The position numbers were made by a program, and so were the translations under genes. DNA of 64,000 nt from Eledone cirrhosa (lineage: Eukaryota): assembly GCA_964016885.1 (NCBI GenBank), contig OZ024741.1, forward strand, positions 235,476,001-235,540,000. The letters run 5' to 3'. The notes beneath the pieces are model-generated. The model worked only from the letters and a program-made list of their open reading frames with translations, did no database searches and had not been told where the DNA came from. Shown in pieces: positions 27,753-41,164 of this stretch. The stretch's first letter is position 1. Every line of letters begins with the position of its first letter.

Positions 27753-28400
27753 TGTGGTTGGCGTTAGGAAGGGCATCCAGCCGTAGAAAACCAGCCAGAA
27801 ACAGCCCTATTTGAGCGAGACACGGTCACCTGACAACTTTCCTCAAACCCATGCAAGCGTAGAAGATGGACGTTAATCAATGATGATGATGATGATGATT
27901 TATTCATACATAGATACTTACATAGATACATACATATATGTATATCAAGTATCAAGTACTCTGGTGAGTAATGTTCTAACTGGTTTTTACTGCCTCCATT
28001 CTGATATATATATATATATCATCATCATCGTCACCGTTTTACGTCTGTTCTTCCACGCTAGCATGGGTTAGATGGGTTGTCTTGTTGTGGGCAGTGTCCA
28101 GTCGGCTGACCTTATCTTGCTCATACAGGAACTGATTCTAGCTTGATATCTACAGCTGGATGCCCTTCCTAACACAAACCTCATTTACAGTGAGTGGTTG
28201 GTGGATGCTTTTTTTCCGTGGCGCCTACACATCAACTTTACAGTGTGGGCTGGGTGCTTTTTTGCCGTGGCGCCTCCATGACCACCTTTGCAGGGGGGGG
28301 GGGGGGATATTGTCTATATGCTTCAGCTTTGGCTTGTTCCTATGGGGGTTCAGGTCTTCTGTATTACTGCGTGACGCCAGAGGTCACGGTCGTGTGTTTG
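27753..28400. mobile_element. Two RTE 3'-end remnants, tail to tail (+ 27753-27900; - 28018-28400)
   Basis: TTAGGAAGGGCATCCAGC motif and (GAT)n tails; same sequence lies downstream of the RTE ORF at 38601-39065. Confidence 0.8.
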
Positions 28401-28950
28401 GTAGTGTCAGTCACAGTTGGGTAGTGTTATATTATGACCGGCAATCATGGAAGCAATGATGTGATTGGTTAACACACAGCTACGTATGCATACACTCACA
28501 TAAAAGTATACGTATAAGCATGAGCACCCGCATGCACCTACACGCAAGCACCCATATGCAATACAGAAAGTATACACTAATACAAATAACATATCAAAAA
28601 CGGATGGGCACATACTCCATACTGTGACAAAATATAGCAATAACAGTAGAAACGATGACATATAACATGGAGGAGTACAATATAAAGAAATATAATAAAT
28701 TATAAAAACATATAAAAATATGGGAACATAAGGACAAATAACGGAAGGAACATACATGGTTGGAAACTCATAAGGAATACACCGTAATGGATGAGAAATA
28801 AACAATAAAGGAATAAGAATATAAAAAGTATAAAATGCAATGAACAATACTTTAAATTCCTCCCACCTTATGATATCCCCACATTATATTCTTCTATATT
28901 CTTCTGTTTTGGATTTGTTAATGCTTCTATACTCTGTATCTACTCTTTAA

Positions 28951-28994
28951 GCTCTGAAGAGTCCCACTTTTAGTGTGGACGAAACACTGTCAGC
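28951..28994 (+). ncRNA. Type I hammerhead ribozyme (PLE-type)
   Basis: gct-CTGAAGA-gtcccac[tttta]gtgtggac-GAAAC-act-GTC-agc; all three stems pair; (TA)n starts ~130 bp downstream. Confidence 0.8.
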
Positions 28995-29120
28995 AATTAA
29001 AGATATACCTATGTTCTAAGCGCTCTTTGTTGTTAATTGTATTACGGCTCTGTCTTCAGACATTGAGCTAACCATATACTGCCTATCTGATAAGTTGAGT
29101 GTTACACACTCTCAATTTTC

Positions 29121-29165
<45 letters not shown>

Positions 29166-29170
<5 letters not shown>

Positions 29171-29496
29171 GTGAGGTTTTTTTTACAAAATGAAAAATAA
29201 CCGAGGTGTCCTACACGAGTGGAAGTATAAAGAAAAAGAGATGAAATCGAAAATGCAACTGAAGTCTTATTTTTTTAAAAAATATATATATATTTATTTG
29301 GTTCCTTTACCGGTTTCGAGCCACTTTTTCCATATAAAACAAGTAACATTTAGAGACCAACCAGATGTGAGAAAAACCATCTCAACTGACCTTTTGAAAA
29401 GCAGAAGAACTGCGAAACCGGTAAAGGAACCAAATAAATATATATATTTTTTAAAAAAATAAGACTTCAGTTGCATTTTCGATTTCATCTCTTTTT

Positions 29497-29503
<7 letters not shown>
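29166..29503. mobile_element. PLE-like fold-back insertion in (TA)n, arms 29226-29318 / 29413-29503
   Basis: ~92-bp near-perfect inverted repeat, flanked on both sides by (TA)n; carries the HHR at 29390. Confidence 0.85.
29390..29427 (+). ncRNA. Hammerhead ribozyme, U3-A8 core variant
   Basis: cctt-TTGAAAA-gcag[aagaa]ctgc-GAAA-ccgg-TA-aagg; palindromic stem III ACCGGT. Confidence 0.75.
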
Positions 29504-29538
<35 letters not shown>

Positions 29539-30030
29539 GAAGAAAAGGTGGTTATGCGTGCATGTTAAGCTGTAACTTCATGGGGATAAGCCAGTCCGAG
29601 TAATCCAAAAGCACTTCATGTGAGTAGTTTATCCCAGCTAAAAGTTGGTTATTAGGAGTGATGGAGTATTCATTTATCGAATGAAAGTAGTTAAGATGGG
29701 GTTACTTCACCATAAATATCTTTATTGGATAATATATATTTCTGTTACATGGTTATACATGTGACTTCATCAGATGCTCATACAATCATTGGTGCAGTTA
29801 TGCAATCATGGGGATATGTCACTGGTCAGGTATTATCATCCTTTTGTGATGTATATGTTTTGAGTGTATATGTTTATGTATGAGTGTGTGTATGCATGTC
29901 TCCACATGTGCGTTTGTGTGTGTATATACATACTCACACACGCACATACATACACACATACAGATTGAGTGCTTCCAAAATACTACTTTACTCAGCTCCA
30001 AGTACTTGTCTAGGTTTGTAGATTCTTCAT

Positions 30031-30081
<51 letters not shown>

Positions 30082-30082
<1 letters not shown>

Positions 30083-30326
30083 GAGGTGTGTCAGAAAAGT
30101 TCCAGGAGACATGTATATAAAATTATGAAGAAGACATGTATATAAAATATGTCAGAAGACATGTATATAAAATTATGAAGAAAAAAGTTTGATCACTGCA
30201 GAGAGCTAAGATTACAGTTACATACTCCAGGGGGATTATTTTGAAGGAGAAAACTCTTAGTGTGAAGTTTGGGTTTGAAATAAATCTTTTGTGACATCAG
30301 TCCTGGAACTTTTCTGACACACCTCG
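30082..30326 (+). mobile_element. Internally deleted Tc1/mariner element (MITE)
   Basis: Perfect 26-bp TIRs CGAGGTGTGTCAGAAAAGTTCCAGGA, flanked by TA; GGGGATTATTTTGAAGGA (GDYFEG) resembles a mariner transposase C-terminus. Confidence 0.88.
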
Positions 30327-30346
30327 TATATATATATATATATATA

Positions 30347-30604
30347 TAATTGTTTGTACTTTTGGCACAAGGCCAGCAACTACCCAGTACATTACTGCTA
30401 CTTTATTTTATCGACCTCGTAAGGATGAAAGGCAAAGTTAACCTCAGCGGGATTTGAACTCAGATCGTAAAGGGACGTAACTGTGCTGGAAATATATAAT
30501 TGTTTCTACGTTAGGCACAAGGCCAGCAATTACCCAGTGCATTACTGGTACTTTATTTTATCGACCCCCGTAATGATGAAAGGCAAAGTCACCCTTGGCG
30601 GGAA
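30347..30604 (-). mobile_element. Two tandem SINE family A copies (30347-30490, 30497-30604)
   Basis: Reverse complements of the 27267 SINE. Confidence 0.85.
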
Positions 30605-30819
30605 TATATAATGAAGGATAATGAAGGAAGTGTGGTAAGGAACTAGGTGGACCATAACACACCAGAGTACTCGATACTTGGGGTAGTAGAGTGGGTCCTG
30701 ACTCTTTTCCTATATATATATAAATGAAGTATTGCCGTAGGAAAGGTAAAAGAAAAGAGAGTGCTCTATGTAGGCTACAGAGCTTTTTAGTTATGTAATA
30801 AACAACATAAGATAATTAT

Positions 30820-30881
30820 TTCATTTACCAGTGGTTTCTTGAAGACAGATATTTATGTCTGTCTTCATTCATCAGAAAAAA
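30820..30881 (-). ncRNA. Hammerhead ribozyme
   Basis: Minus strand: tttttt-CTGATGA-atgaagacaga[cataaata]tctgtcttcaa-GAAAC-c-act-g-GTA-aatgaa; stem I weak. Confidence 0.65.
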
Positions 30882-31044
30882 TATTTATTTATGAAGTAGC
30901 AATATGGATTTGAAAACAGAGTATAGGATAATATGTGAGATATTTCCGAAGAAAATGCAAAGGAAAAAAGAGTGCTCTATGTATTGAACAGAGCTATTTA
31001 ATTAGAAAGTGAACAACATAATATATATTTTCTATTCATAACCT

Positions 31045-31112
31045 CTCTGTCTGATGAACGATCTAGACGTATTCTAATACTGTCTAGGATCCTGAAACCT
31101 TTGGTAATGGAG
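31045..31112 (+). ncRNA. Hammerhead ribozyme inside a short fold-back (arms ~30995-31027 / ~31118-31150)
   Basis: ctctgt-CTGATGA-acgatctagacgtatt..aatactgtctaggatcct-GAAAC-c-ttt-g-GTA-atggag. Confidence 0.78.
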
Positions 31113-31358
31113 TGGTTATATATTGTGTCGTTCACTTTCTAATTAAATATATATATATATATATGTACATAATTTCAGTGTGTAGGCTTTTATCTTTCAA
31201 AACATACCTACATATGCCACACCTATATTATATACACCTATCAAGTACAACCCTACCTACATACCATACCTATATACATGGAGACAGTATATACATTCCT
31301 AGGCTTAGTGAAGTGTCATACATACACACACACATGAACAAACACATACACTGATAAG

Positions 31359-31405
<47 letters not shown>

Positions 31406-31462
31406 TAACATACACACACACACACACACATACACACATACATACATACATACAAACTCATG

Positions 31463-31775
31463 TACATGGTTAAGGTATTCAATTCCCAATCATAAGATTG
31501 TGAGTTGGATTCCTGGGCTGGGTGGCATGTTGTGTCTGGGCAAGACACTTTATTTCATGTTGCTCCAGTCCACTCAGCTGGCGAAAATGAATTGTACCTG
31601 TTGTTCAAGAGGCCAGCCCTGTCACTCATCGTGTCATGCTGAATCTCCCTGAGAACTATGTTATGAGAACCCATGTCTGTGTAATACTCAACTATATACA
31701 TGTTAATTTGATGAACAGTCAGTTCTGTTGATTGAATCAAGTGGATCACTTATCATCAGAAACAATGGAGGTCTA
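31463..31775 (+). mobile_element. SINE family B
   Basis: GCAAGACACTTTATTTCATGTTGCTCCAGTCCACTCAGCTG body, as at 26405. Confidence 0.75.
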
Positions 31776-31794
31776 ATATTATAAAACAATAATA

Positions 31795-32715
31795 ATCATC
31801 ATCATCGTTTTTACATCCATTTTTTCATATTTGTATGGGTTGGTCCTTTTCAGCACAGCATCTCTCTATTCACCATGTTTCTTCATTATCTCCTTTGAGA
31901 GCCTCAGCAATTTGAGGTCAGCTCACACCACCTCTGTCCAAGTCTTTCTGGGTCTACCTCTACTGCAGCTATCACCCACTGGCATCATATATCCATACCA
32001 ATGCAATCTTCTCTCTTGCTCACCACCATGGATTCCTCTTAGACCCCGTCCCCCCAGCTTCTCCCTCAGATCATCAAAGCTCTGCCTTTCTCTTACATTT
32101 TGCACATCCAACAAAGCACAGCAATTTTATTTTTCTCCAGTCTACATATGTCCTCTACCCATGTTTCACTACCATGCAGCATTGTACTTTGCACACAGGT
32201 GCCATACAGTCGTCCTTTTGTACATAGGAAGAAACCTTTTGTTGTGAACAGTGGGAGTGGCTCTTTAAACTTCTTCCATCCTCTAGGTATTATGCTCTCA
32301 AAACGCCATGTTCCACTGCTGATTAAATCCCCTAGATAGCAGAAGCTGTTAACCACTTCTATGGACCCTTTCTATGACTTAAAGACGTTTATATCATGGC
32401 CGCTCATCCTTTTGATTACTCCAATGCATCTTCTACATACAAATTTTCCCTTCCTGTTAGTCTACCTGTTTTCCAACTACATCTCTTGTGTATCCAACAT
32501 TTACATTGTGTACACCATATGGAGTTTATGCCTACACCTTTTCTACATATTTAGCAGGGCCACTTCCTTGAAGGGATCAGGGTCTTATGTTTTTTCACAC
32601 CCACCAGTACCCCAGTTCTGACCAAATCCATCCTCAGACCTTTGATTCTAAATTCTGTTCCCACAATTGGAACTTATTTTCTAGTTCCTCTATGGATTTG
32701 GTTATAAGGACCAAT
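31795..32715 (-). mobile_element. Degenerate RTE LINE 3' part
   Basis: ORFs 32093-32356 (FCYLGD, GWKKFKE, MLHGSETW) and 31923-32114 ([15 protein letters not shown]). Confidence 0.85.
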
Positions 32716-32719
32716 AAAA

Positions 32720-33100
32720 AATGTAGAAATCTCACAGTCGATTGCTATAAATAATTGTTTATACTTTTGGCACAAGGCCAGCAATTACCCAGTACATTAC
32801 TGGTACTTTATTTTATCGACCCCGTAAGGATGAAAGGCAAAGTTAACCTCATAAATAATGGCCTAGAAATTGGATAAAATTCCCTTATACTGTAGACAGG
32901 AAAAAATGGTCAGAAGTTGCCATGAGGAATTAAATTCCGTACCTCTCAAATTCTGACTGAGAAGCATGAATTTTGATTCTTTATAGTGACTGCTGACCAT
33001 TGTTTCCATCTATAGGCATTGTGTACCTGATTTTCTAAGCTATTATTTATAGCAGTTGTCTGTGGTTATAAATATTTTCTGCATTTGAGATTTCTACATT
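32720..33100. mobile_element. Old diverged fold-back, interrupted by SINE A (32756-32850, -) with 9-bp TSD ATAAATAAT
   Basis: AATGTAGAAATCTCA at 32720 vs TGAGATTTCTACATT at 33086; internal symmetry centred near 32955; TSD at 32747-32755 and 32851-32859. Confidence 0.7.
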
Positions 33101-33494
33101 GTCTAAGAATTTCTATCTAATCAATGATACAATAATATATTTTCAATAATCATCATCATCATCTTCATCATCATCGTTTAACGTCCCTGTTCCACGCTTG
33201 CATGGGTTTGGACGGGGGTTTTCCCACTTGAGGCAAGAGTGATTGTCTTGCTCGCATAGGACTGTCTGGCGGGTTTTCTACAGCTGGATGCCCTTCCTAA
33301 CACCAACCACATTTACAGTGTGGGGCTGGGAGGTTTTTACCGTGTTGCCTACATGGCCACATTACAGCGCGTGTGTGTGTGTGCGTGTGTGTGTATGCAC
33401 ATATGTTTATATATATATTTTGGGAGAGTCATACTCCCAATAAAAAACATGCACCATTTCAGTTTCACTTAAGTTTTATTATTAGTCAGGTAAC

Positions 33495-33715
33495 TGAGTG
33501 GATCAGCAGGATTGGTAAAGCATCAGATAAAATGTCATTACAATATTTGTTACGGCTCTTTACATTCTAAGTTCAAATCCCGCCTAGGTCAACTTTGCCT
33601 TTCATCCTCTCAGGGTTGATAAAATAAAGTACCAGTCATATACTGGAGTCAATGTAATTGACTTTCCTCTCTCCACATATTGTTGGTCTTGTGTCTAAAT
33701 TAGAAATCCTTATTA
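33495..33715 (+). mobile_element. SINE family A relative
   Basis: GTTCAAATCCCGCC B box, CTTTGCCTTTCATCC..GATAAAATAAAGTACCAG. Confidence 0.8.
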
Positions 33716-33769
33716 GTCAGTTAAGTAATCCAATCGTCGGTTAGTTTAGTAACTGAATGTTTATTTTAT

Positions 33770-34860
33770 TGTCAAAGTTCTTTTGTCACACATTCTGTGA
33801 CTTTTTCAATTACTATTCTTGCTATTTCTGTGTCTGTTCTTTGTACAGCTCTGTGTTGGAATTGATCTTACTATGAAAGCATTTTTATGTTGCTTTCGCA
33901 ATTTGTGCCATTATCATCAAAAACTTGGAAATATTTGTCAACCGTTTAGCAATATTTTTTTGCAGTCAACTTAAGTAGAGTGGAGTTGGTGGAGCTTCTA
34001 TATCTTCTTTCCCAGCAGCTTGTTTTTCTTCTAACAGCATCAGCTCTTCATTAAACATACTTTCTCTATGGGACTCTAGTAGCCCAACTACATTAATTTG
34101 ACGTCTTCAGATACTATATCATTTGCCAGTGTCACATCATCATCATCAACGTCATCATCATTTAACATCCGCTTTCACTGCTAGCAAAGATTGGATGGGA
34201 CTACATAGACCAAGTCAGTATTGAAGCAGGGATACTGGCCTCCCAGACAGGCCAAGGGGTCTGTATCCCACTTACATACAGTCATATCAAGTGTAGAGGC
34301 GAAGTTGTTGTGTCTTTTGACACAAACTGAAGCGTCCTCCTAACCCTTTGTTTGTGGGTGGCTTGCTGATTTGTCTAAATGGAGGAATGCTTTTTTTAGA
34401 AAATCTGACACTCTACTTTTCTACAGCAGGGTAAAGAGCATATAAACCAGTCTTTGAAGTTAGCCATACCTTTTTATTTAAACTTTGTGTAGCCCTTCAA
34501 ATCCTTTGAATTTTCAGAGTGATACATGAATTGGGACTTTAAAACCATATCACCAGCAGTATTTCTACTCAGAAGTGTATGACAATTTTTGAAAGTATTA
34601 AAACTTGGTTTAAATTTTTCTTCGTGGGAAATCAATTTCCCAGCAGGCACATACTTCCAGAAAAGTCCATTTTCATCAACATTATATACTTGTCCCAGAG
34701 TGTAGCCTCCTTCAACAACCATTTTCTTCAGCTCCTCAAGATAATTAGGAGCAGTTTCTATGTCAGCACTGGCTGGTTCACTGGGTGCAAATTAAAGCAT
34801 TTCTTAACCATTTTGACATCAAACTGTCCAAAACAACCTCTCGTTCTATGAAACAAAATA
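33770..34860 (-). mobile_element. Tigger/pogo DDE transposase fossil
   Basis: ORF 34474-34722 GYTLGQVYNVDENGLFWK...NTAGD..LK...YHSEN matches the TIGD1/Tigger motif QIFNxDETGLFWK...NAAGDFKLKP..YHSENP; outer boundaries approximate. Confidence 0.82.
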
Positions 34861-35896
34861 ACGCATTTTAGAAAGTTCCTATTTAAATTAAAATCTTCCA
34901 ACATGATTTAACATGAGAACCTTTTGTTATGTTATATTACAAATACCATTTTAATAATAAAATTATATATATGGTGATTGTGCTGGTGCCACAAAAAAAA
35001 AAAAGCAATCAGTTCACCTTGTCATGTGGTAGTGCTGGTGCCACGATAAAATGTTCCCAGAACATACTGTAAAGTGGTTGGCATTAGGAAGGGCATCCAT
35101 CTGTAAAAACCAAGCCATATGTGGAATATATGTGCTAGATATGGTCACCTGGTCAGTCTAACCTCAGAACTTGACAACCTGTCTAACCCAAGCAGGCATA
35201 GAATATAGATGTTAAACAATGATGGTTATGATGACGATGATGATGATTATGACGATGATGATGACACACCACACGCACTCACTACATCAAACATCTACAT
35301 TACATACCACACATATACATGACACATCACACACATTTTTTTATGTGATGTATAAATACAATGAATATAAAACATACCAGATATATACAACACAAACTTT
35401 CACACATATATTATATATATACACAAATACACATAAATAGCTATTACACATACATTACTCATATATACACATGTATACAGTAGTTTGACTTACTAGAAAT
35501 AACGACAAAGTCTCACTCAAATCACACCACATATCCTTTAAAAAATGACACCTTGGATAATGTGGCTTTGGGTGGCTATAGATGAGGAAAGGGCAAGATG
35601 GTGATTGATGGAATATCTTCAAAATAGTGCTTGATCACCTTTGACTTAGGGTTTAACAACAACTACACTACACATATATACCCAGACTGCATATACATAC
35701 CACCCCATAAACAACATACCGCATATACACACGCATACACACAAAGACATGCACATACACATACACATATATATACATACATATACACACACATACACAT
35801 ATACACATACACACATACACATTTACACACATAGATATGTACATACATACATGCATAGTCACACAACACACACACACACATATATATATACATATA

Positions 35897-37926
35897 CTAG
35901 CAGCCTTCCGGCCTTTTCCCCAGTCCTTACTGTGCTCAAATATATACGGCACCTATTGGCATTTATCGTAATGCCCATTTTCCTTGGAATAAAAGATGTT
36001 AAAAGGTATTTAAATATTGTATAAAATTTAGAATTTAAAAAATTTAGAATATCTAAATACAGAAGTAATAACGAAAATATTAGAAAAATGTATTCTACAA
36101 AAATTATAAAACATTTACAGAACTTCAGTATATACAATGCTTTTAACTTTTTTCTTTGGAGCACATATGAAGAGTTTGTTGGAGTTTCATACTCTGGAAC
36201 AACCTACATACAATTGACCATGTAAGAAACAGCCCCCTTCTAGATGGAGACTGACAACCTACAGTGTTTGACCTTGGGATTTGTTGATGGTCATTAACAT
36301 GGGAATTGATCTCGTTTGAAACGAAAAGGGACATCTGTTGGTATTAGTAATATTCTAAGTATAAATACAATGTTTCCTTTGCTACACCCAGTGGAGATCT
36401 TGGCTTTGATAATGTGAGGCTGTAGCTCCTCAGTTACAACCATTCGTGTCTCATTGCACAATATTGGCTGATCCAGCTTTCTGAGAAGCATGATGACTGA
36501 GCCCTTTTTCAATTAAAGGTTGTGTGGCAGCATACAGGATGGTTTCAGACTGTTGAGAAATTCAACGGGATAATGAACAGCATCGTCCTCATTAACAACT
36601 TTGTCGATAGATTTATAGATCTGGCTACCTCCAGGGATCATTTGTGAGAGATTTTTGTTGATGGCATTCACTGTGATATTTGGGGGACAAGAATTGCTCT
36701 TTTACACAGCCACTCCTCATTGGAATGGTGGATTTCAAAATTGGAGAACACTTGATTAATTAAGTTTACAATGCTTTCCACAACAGTACGAAATGATGAA
36801 GGATCAAAACATCCTTTCAGTGTCAAGGGATTGCTTTTTTATAATTCTAAACAGCTGAGAGATCCTTGTCTGAAACTCTGAAGGTCTCCCTTCCTTCCCA
36901 CCTCTGTTATTCCCACTGAAGAAATCTTTGAGGCTGATCAAATCTAAGGGTCCCCTACCCCCAATTCTATTTTCAGAAAAGAAGGTGATTGCGAACATGT
37001 TGGAGGTTAGATTTGTTGAAAACACATGAAAAAACCTGGAAAAAAATTTCTTTCTGATCCCCAGTAGGTGCTTTTCTATAAATTTAAATGGCTGAGAGGT
37101 GCTTATTTGTAATTCTGAGGGTCTCCCTCACTCCGAGCTTCCATTTTTGGAAAAAGGAGTCATTAGCGAGTAAGTTGGATATCAGATCGGTTGAAAACAA
37201 ACAAAAGAAACCTAGAAAATAAAAAATTCTCATTGAAGAAATCTCTGAGGCAGGGAAAATTTGAGGGTAAACCGCTTGCTCCCCTCGCTACTGCTAATAT
37301 ATTGGCCGTGTTAGGAGTTAAACACCTCCTCAGACATATTTCATACAATTTCATTTTTTTAGCACAAACATGGCACCATCAGAACCATTGTTGACATATT
37401 TGCACACATACTCTATAAGTTCCTCTTTTGCACCCCTATTCCGTTTTCAGAAAAAAAAGTGGTTGCGAGCATGTTGGAGGTCAGATTAGTTGAAAACACA
37501 CGATAAAACCTCGGTAAAAAAATTTTCTTTGTAATCGTCAGCGGGTGCTATTCAATAAATGTGCTTATCTCCAAGGGTCCCCTCATTCCCCACTTCGGTT
37601 TTCAGAAAAAGGACTCGTTGGTTAGTAAGTCAGATGTCAGATCAGTCGACAACAAATGAAAACACCTAGAAAAGTTTTAGTTAGTTAGAGAGAGGGGGAG
37701 GTGAAGTAGTATTTCCTTCTCTAGATATAGATAGCATGATGGATTAACAGACAATACCTATATGCTAGAAAGAGCAGTTCCCCCCCCCCCCTCATTCCGT
37801 TTTCAGAAAATAAGTTGATAGCAAGCATGTTGGAGATCAGATTAGTTGAAAACACAAGAAAAACCTTATTTATTATCAGTTTTATTAGCGGTCAACTTAC
37901 AAACAAACAAACTTCCTTTTTATAAG

Positions 37927-37930
<4 letters not shown>
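35897..37930 (-). mobile_element. Helitron with degenerate PIF1 helicase C-terminus
   Basis: ORF 36294-36512 (LCNETRM, FILRILLIPTDVPFRFKRDQFP); MTINKSQGQTL (~36265-36295); HGQLYVGCSRV; ends IVYTEVL* at ~36115; 3' CTAG at 35897 after a GC-rich segment; internal repeats 36800-37860. Confidence 0.88.
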
Positions 37931-37962
<32 letters not shown>

Positions 37963-38132
37963 AAAAACATCGTTTTTTACAAAAACAAGACAAGAAATTC
38001 GAAACACAGGTGGAGAAGATAAAAACACCTCAAAATACAGTAATTTATTATAATAAACAGTATAAAAGGCTATGTTTCATACTTCTTTGAAATAATTTTC
38101 CAAACAAGCATGTGTACAAAATCCTAATGTGT

Positions 38133-38179
38133 TTGATTTTGACAAATCCCAAGAAGGGGACGAAACGTTCGTAAATCAA
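38133..38179 (+). ncRNA. Hammerhead ribozyme, U3-A8 core variant
   Basis: ttgatt-TTGACAA-atccc[aagaag]gggac-GAAAC-gttc-GTA-aatcaa; 6-bp stem I; element lies between (TA)n tracts. Confidence 0.72.
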
Positions 38180-38569
38180 CATTTCATGAAAAAACGTATT
38201 TGATATATATATATATCTATATATCACCTACACATACATATACGAATAAACAGATATACATACATATAGACCTCCACAGACATATATGCACATACACACA
38301 AACCTGCTATACACATGCAAGATATCATATTTATCAGCAAACACATCGGAAACACTATACTCAGATATAAACACTACACACCTCAGTTCACCCATATATA
38401 CATATGCATACATACACACATACAGACATACCATATACATACATATTTGTATATATATATATATATATATGAAAAAGAACACAAGAGCGTCTACAACATC
38501 AAAAGATTTTTATTGGCTAACAATGTTTCTTCCTTACGTGTAACCGTAGGATTCATCATATATATATAT

Positions 38570-39472
38570 ATGGAAAAAGTTCAGAGAGCTTATACCGCTG
38601 TTGGCCACAAAAGGTTTCTCTCTAAAAATGAAAGGCAGATTGTATGATGCTTGTATACGACCAGCAATGCTACATGGCAGTGAGACATGGGCACTGCGTG
38701 CAGAGGACCTGCGCAGACTGGAAAGGAACGAAGCATGCATGCTTCGTTGGATGTGTAATAGTAATATAAGTGAACGGCAAAGCATAAATGAACTAAGTGA
38801 GAAATTAGGAATAAGAGGGATCAGATGCTGTTTACTTGAGAGAAGATTACATTGGTATGGTCACGTGATGCGCATGAAAGACGACAGCTGTATAAAAAAG
38901 TGCAGGGTGATCAAAATTGATGGTAGTTACGGAGGAGGTAGACCCATAAAAACCTGGGACGATCTGATAAATTCCGACCTTACACACTTGCACCTCTCTA
39001 AGACAATGTCACTGGACCGAAATCTTTGGCGCTATGCAGTAATACAGAAGACCCGCCTTGCCTAAGTACAAAGCGAAACCTACAGCCAGTAGGCACCTCT
39101 TAACCAAATATACACCCCAATCCACTACCCCTACCCTATCCTCCCACCAACACCACCCCCTCTCTATAAAGTTGGTACCACAACATCCAATCCAAATAAA
39201 TGTGATAAATGAGATCGAGATCGAGATCGTGTAGGTGTCACGAGAAAAAACACAGTCCACGCTGTAATGTGGTCGTGTAGGTAACACGGTAAAAAGTTCC
39301 CAGTTCCACACTGTAAATGTGGTTGGTGTTATGAAGGGCATCCAGCCGTAGAAAACCTGCTAGATAGTCCTATATGAGCGAGACACGGTCACCCGACCAA
39401 CCTTGCTTCAAGTGGGACAACTCCCGTCTAACCCATACTAGCGTGGAAAGTGGACGTTAAACGATGATGATA
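38570..39472 (+). mobile_element. 5'-truncated RTE LINE with 3' UTR and (GAT)n tail
   Basis: ORF 38601-39065 KGRLYDACIRPAMLHGSETW...RRLHWYGHV...GRPIKTW; GAAGGGCATCCAGC in the UTR. Confidence 0.9.
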
Positions 39473-39701
39473 CATATAGGAACCAATAAAACAGAGATAC
39501 AAAAATTCTTATTAGTTTCATGCTTTATATGGAAAAGGGGAAAGAAAGTTTGATGTGTCGGGCTTCAGCCCTTCTTCAGGAGTACAAAAATAGAGACAAG
39601 ATCACAAAGGACAGACACAGAAAATAAAAGGTTGTCAGAAGTTAAAAGACGAAAATAATGAGAGTAAACAAGACAAACAATTAGGTAGTCTTGGTAACAT
39701 A

Positions 39702-39753
<52 letters not shown>

Positions 39754-39755
39754 GT

Positions 39756-40465
39756 ATCATCATCATCATCATCATCATCATCACCGTTTTATGTCCGTTC
39801 TTCCACGCTAGCATGGGTTAGACGGGTTGCCCTGTTGTGGGCAGTGTCCGGTCGGCTGACCTTGTCTTGCTTATACAGGAACTGATTCTGGGTTGATTTC
39901 TACAGCTGGATGCCCTTCCTAACACCAACCTCATTTACAGTGAGTGGTGGGTGGTTTTTTTCCGTGGCGCCTACACGTCCACTTTACATTGTGGGCTGGG
40001 TGCTTTTTTGCCGTGGCACCTCCACGACCACTTTGCAGTGGGAGGGTGTGGGTGCATATTGTCTGTATGCTTCAGCTTCGGCTTGTTTCTGTGGGGGGGG
40101 GGGAGAAGTCGAGTCTTCTGTATTACTGCGTGACACCAGAGGTCACGGTCGTGTGTCATCGCCTTTGAGAGGTGTAATTGAGTAAGGTCGGCTTTTATCA
40201 CCTCATCCTAGGTCTTCTTGGGTCTCCCCACTCCGCGGTTTCCATTGACTTCTAGTGCTCTGCACCTTTTTATGCAGCTGTCATCCTTCATACGCATCAC
40301 ATGTCCATACCAACGCAACCTCCTCTCCTGCACACAGCATTTGATTCCTCTTATGTTCAGTCTCTCTCTCAGTTCATTTATGCTTTGCCGTTCGCGTATA
40401 TTATTATTACACATCCATCAGAGCATGCAAGCTTCATTTCTTTCTAATATATACAAGTCTTCCAC
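39756..40465 (-). mobile_element. 5'-truncated RTE LINE
   Basis: ORF 40208-40414 [18 protein letters not shown]; UTR and (CAT)n tail at 39756. Confidence 0.88.
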
Positions 40466-40470
40466 ATATG

Positions 40471-40527
<57 letters not shown>

Positions 40528-40528
<1 letters not shown>

Positions 40529-40836
40529 CAAAGAGATATTTAATTTGTTGATTATTCAACAAATTTATTTATAACAGATTCGAAGCACTCTACAGATTTT
40601 CTTCTGGAGTATAATATCAATGATATTAATAAATGGAAACTATCTTTATAAAACCATATTTATTTTATTATATATATTTCAAGGGTAAGTTCTTGTTTTT
40701 TGGATATGTTAATATTTATAAAACAACTTTTGCATTTTATCTGATGAGAGCGTACCAAAATTTTGGTACCCTTGAAATATATATAATAAAATAAATATGG
40801 TTTTATAAAGATAGTTTCCATTTATTAATATCATTG

Positions 40837-40840
<4 letters not shown>
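40528..40840. mobile_element. PLE-like fold-back, family F1 (arms 40614-40687 / 40767-40840) with HHR at 40735-40791 (+)
   Basis: ttttat-CTGATGA-gagcgtaccaaaattttggtaccctt-GAAA-tatata-TA-ataaaa; (TA)n on both sides. Confidence 0.85.
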
Positions 40841-40870
<30 letters not shown>

Positions 40871-41164
40871 GTGATGATATCTGTGTATATAGTGAATTCA
40901 AGTATGCAGCACTTCTCTCTCCCCTCCAAACAGTACACAGGATGAAGCAACGTTGAGTGGTCTCTAGTACGTACCACTTCTCCCCTTCACCCTTCCATAC
41001 ACCTACCACATCTTAACTTCTCCAATCTCCACCCAACACACCCATCCCCCTTTCCACACCTGACGTACCTCTCTTGACCAACAAGCTGGGAAAAATAAAC
41101 ACGTTCTCCCACAATACTGCTGAAATGGCTAATGGCTAATAGTTGTCAGTCCTCTCTGTAAGGT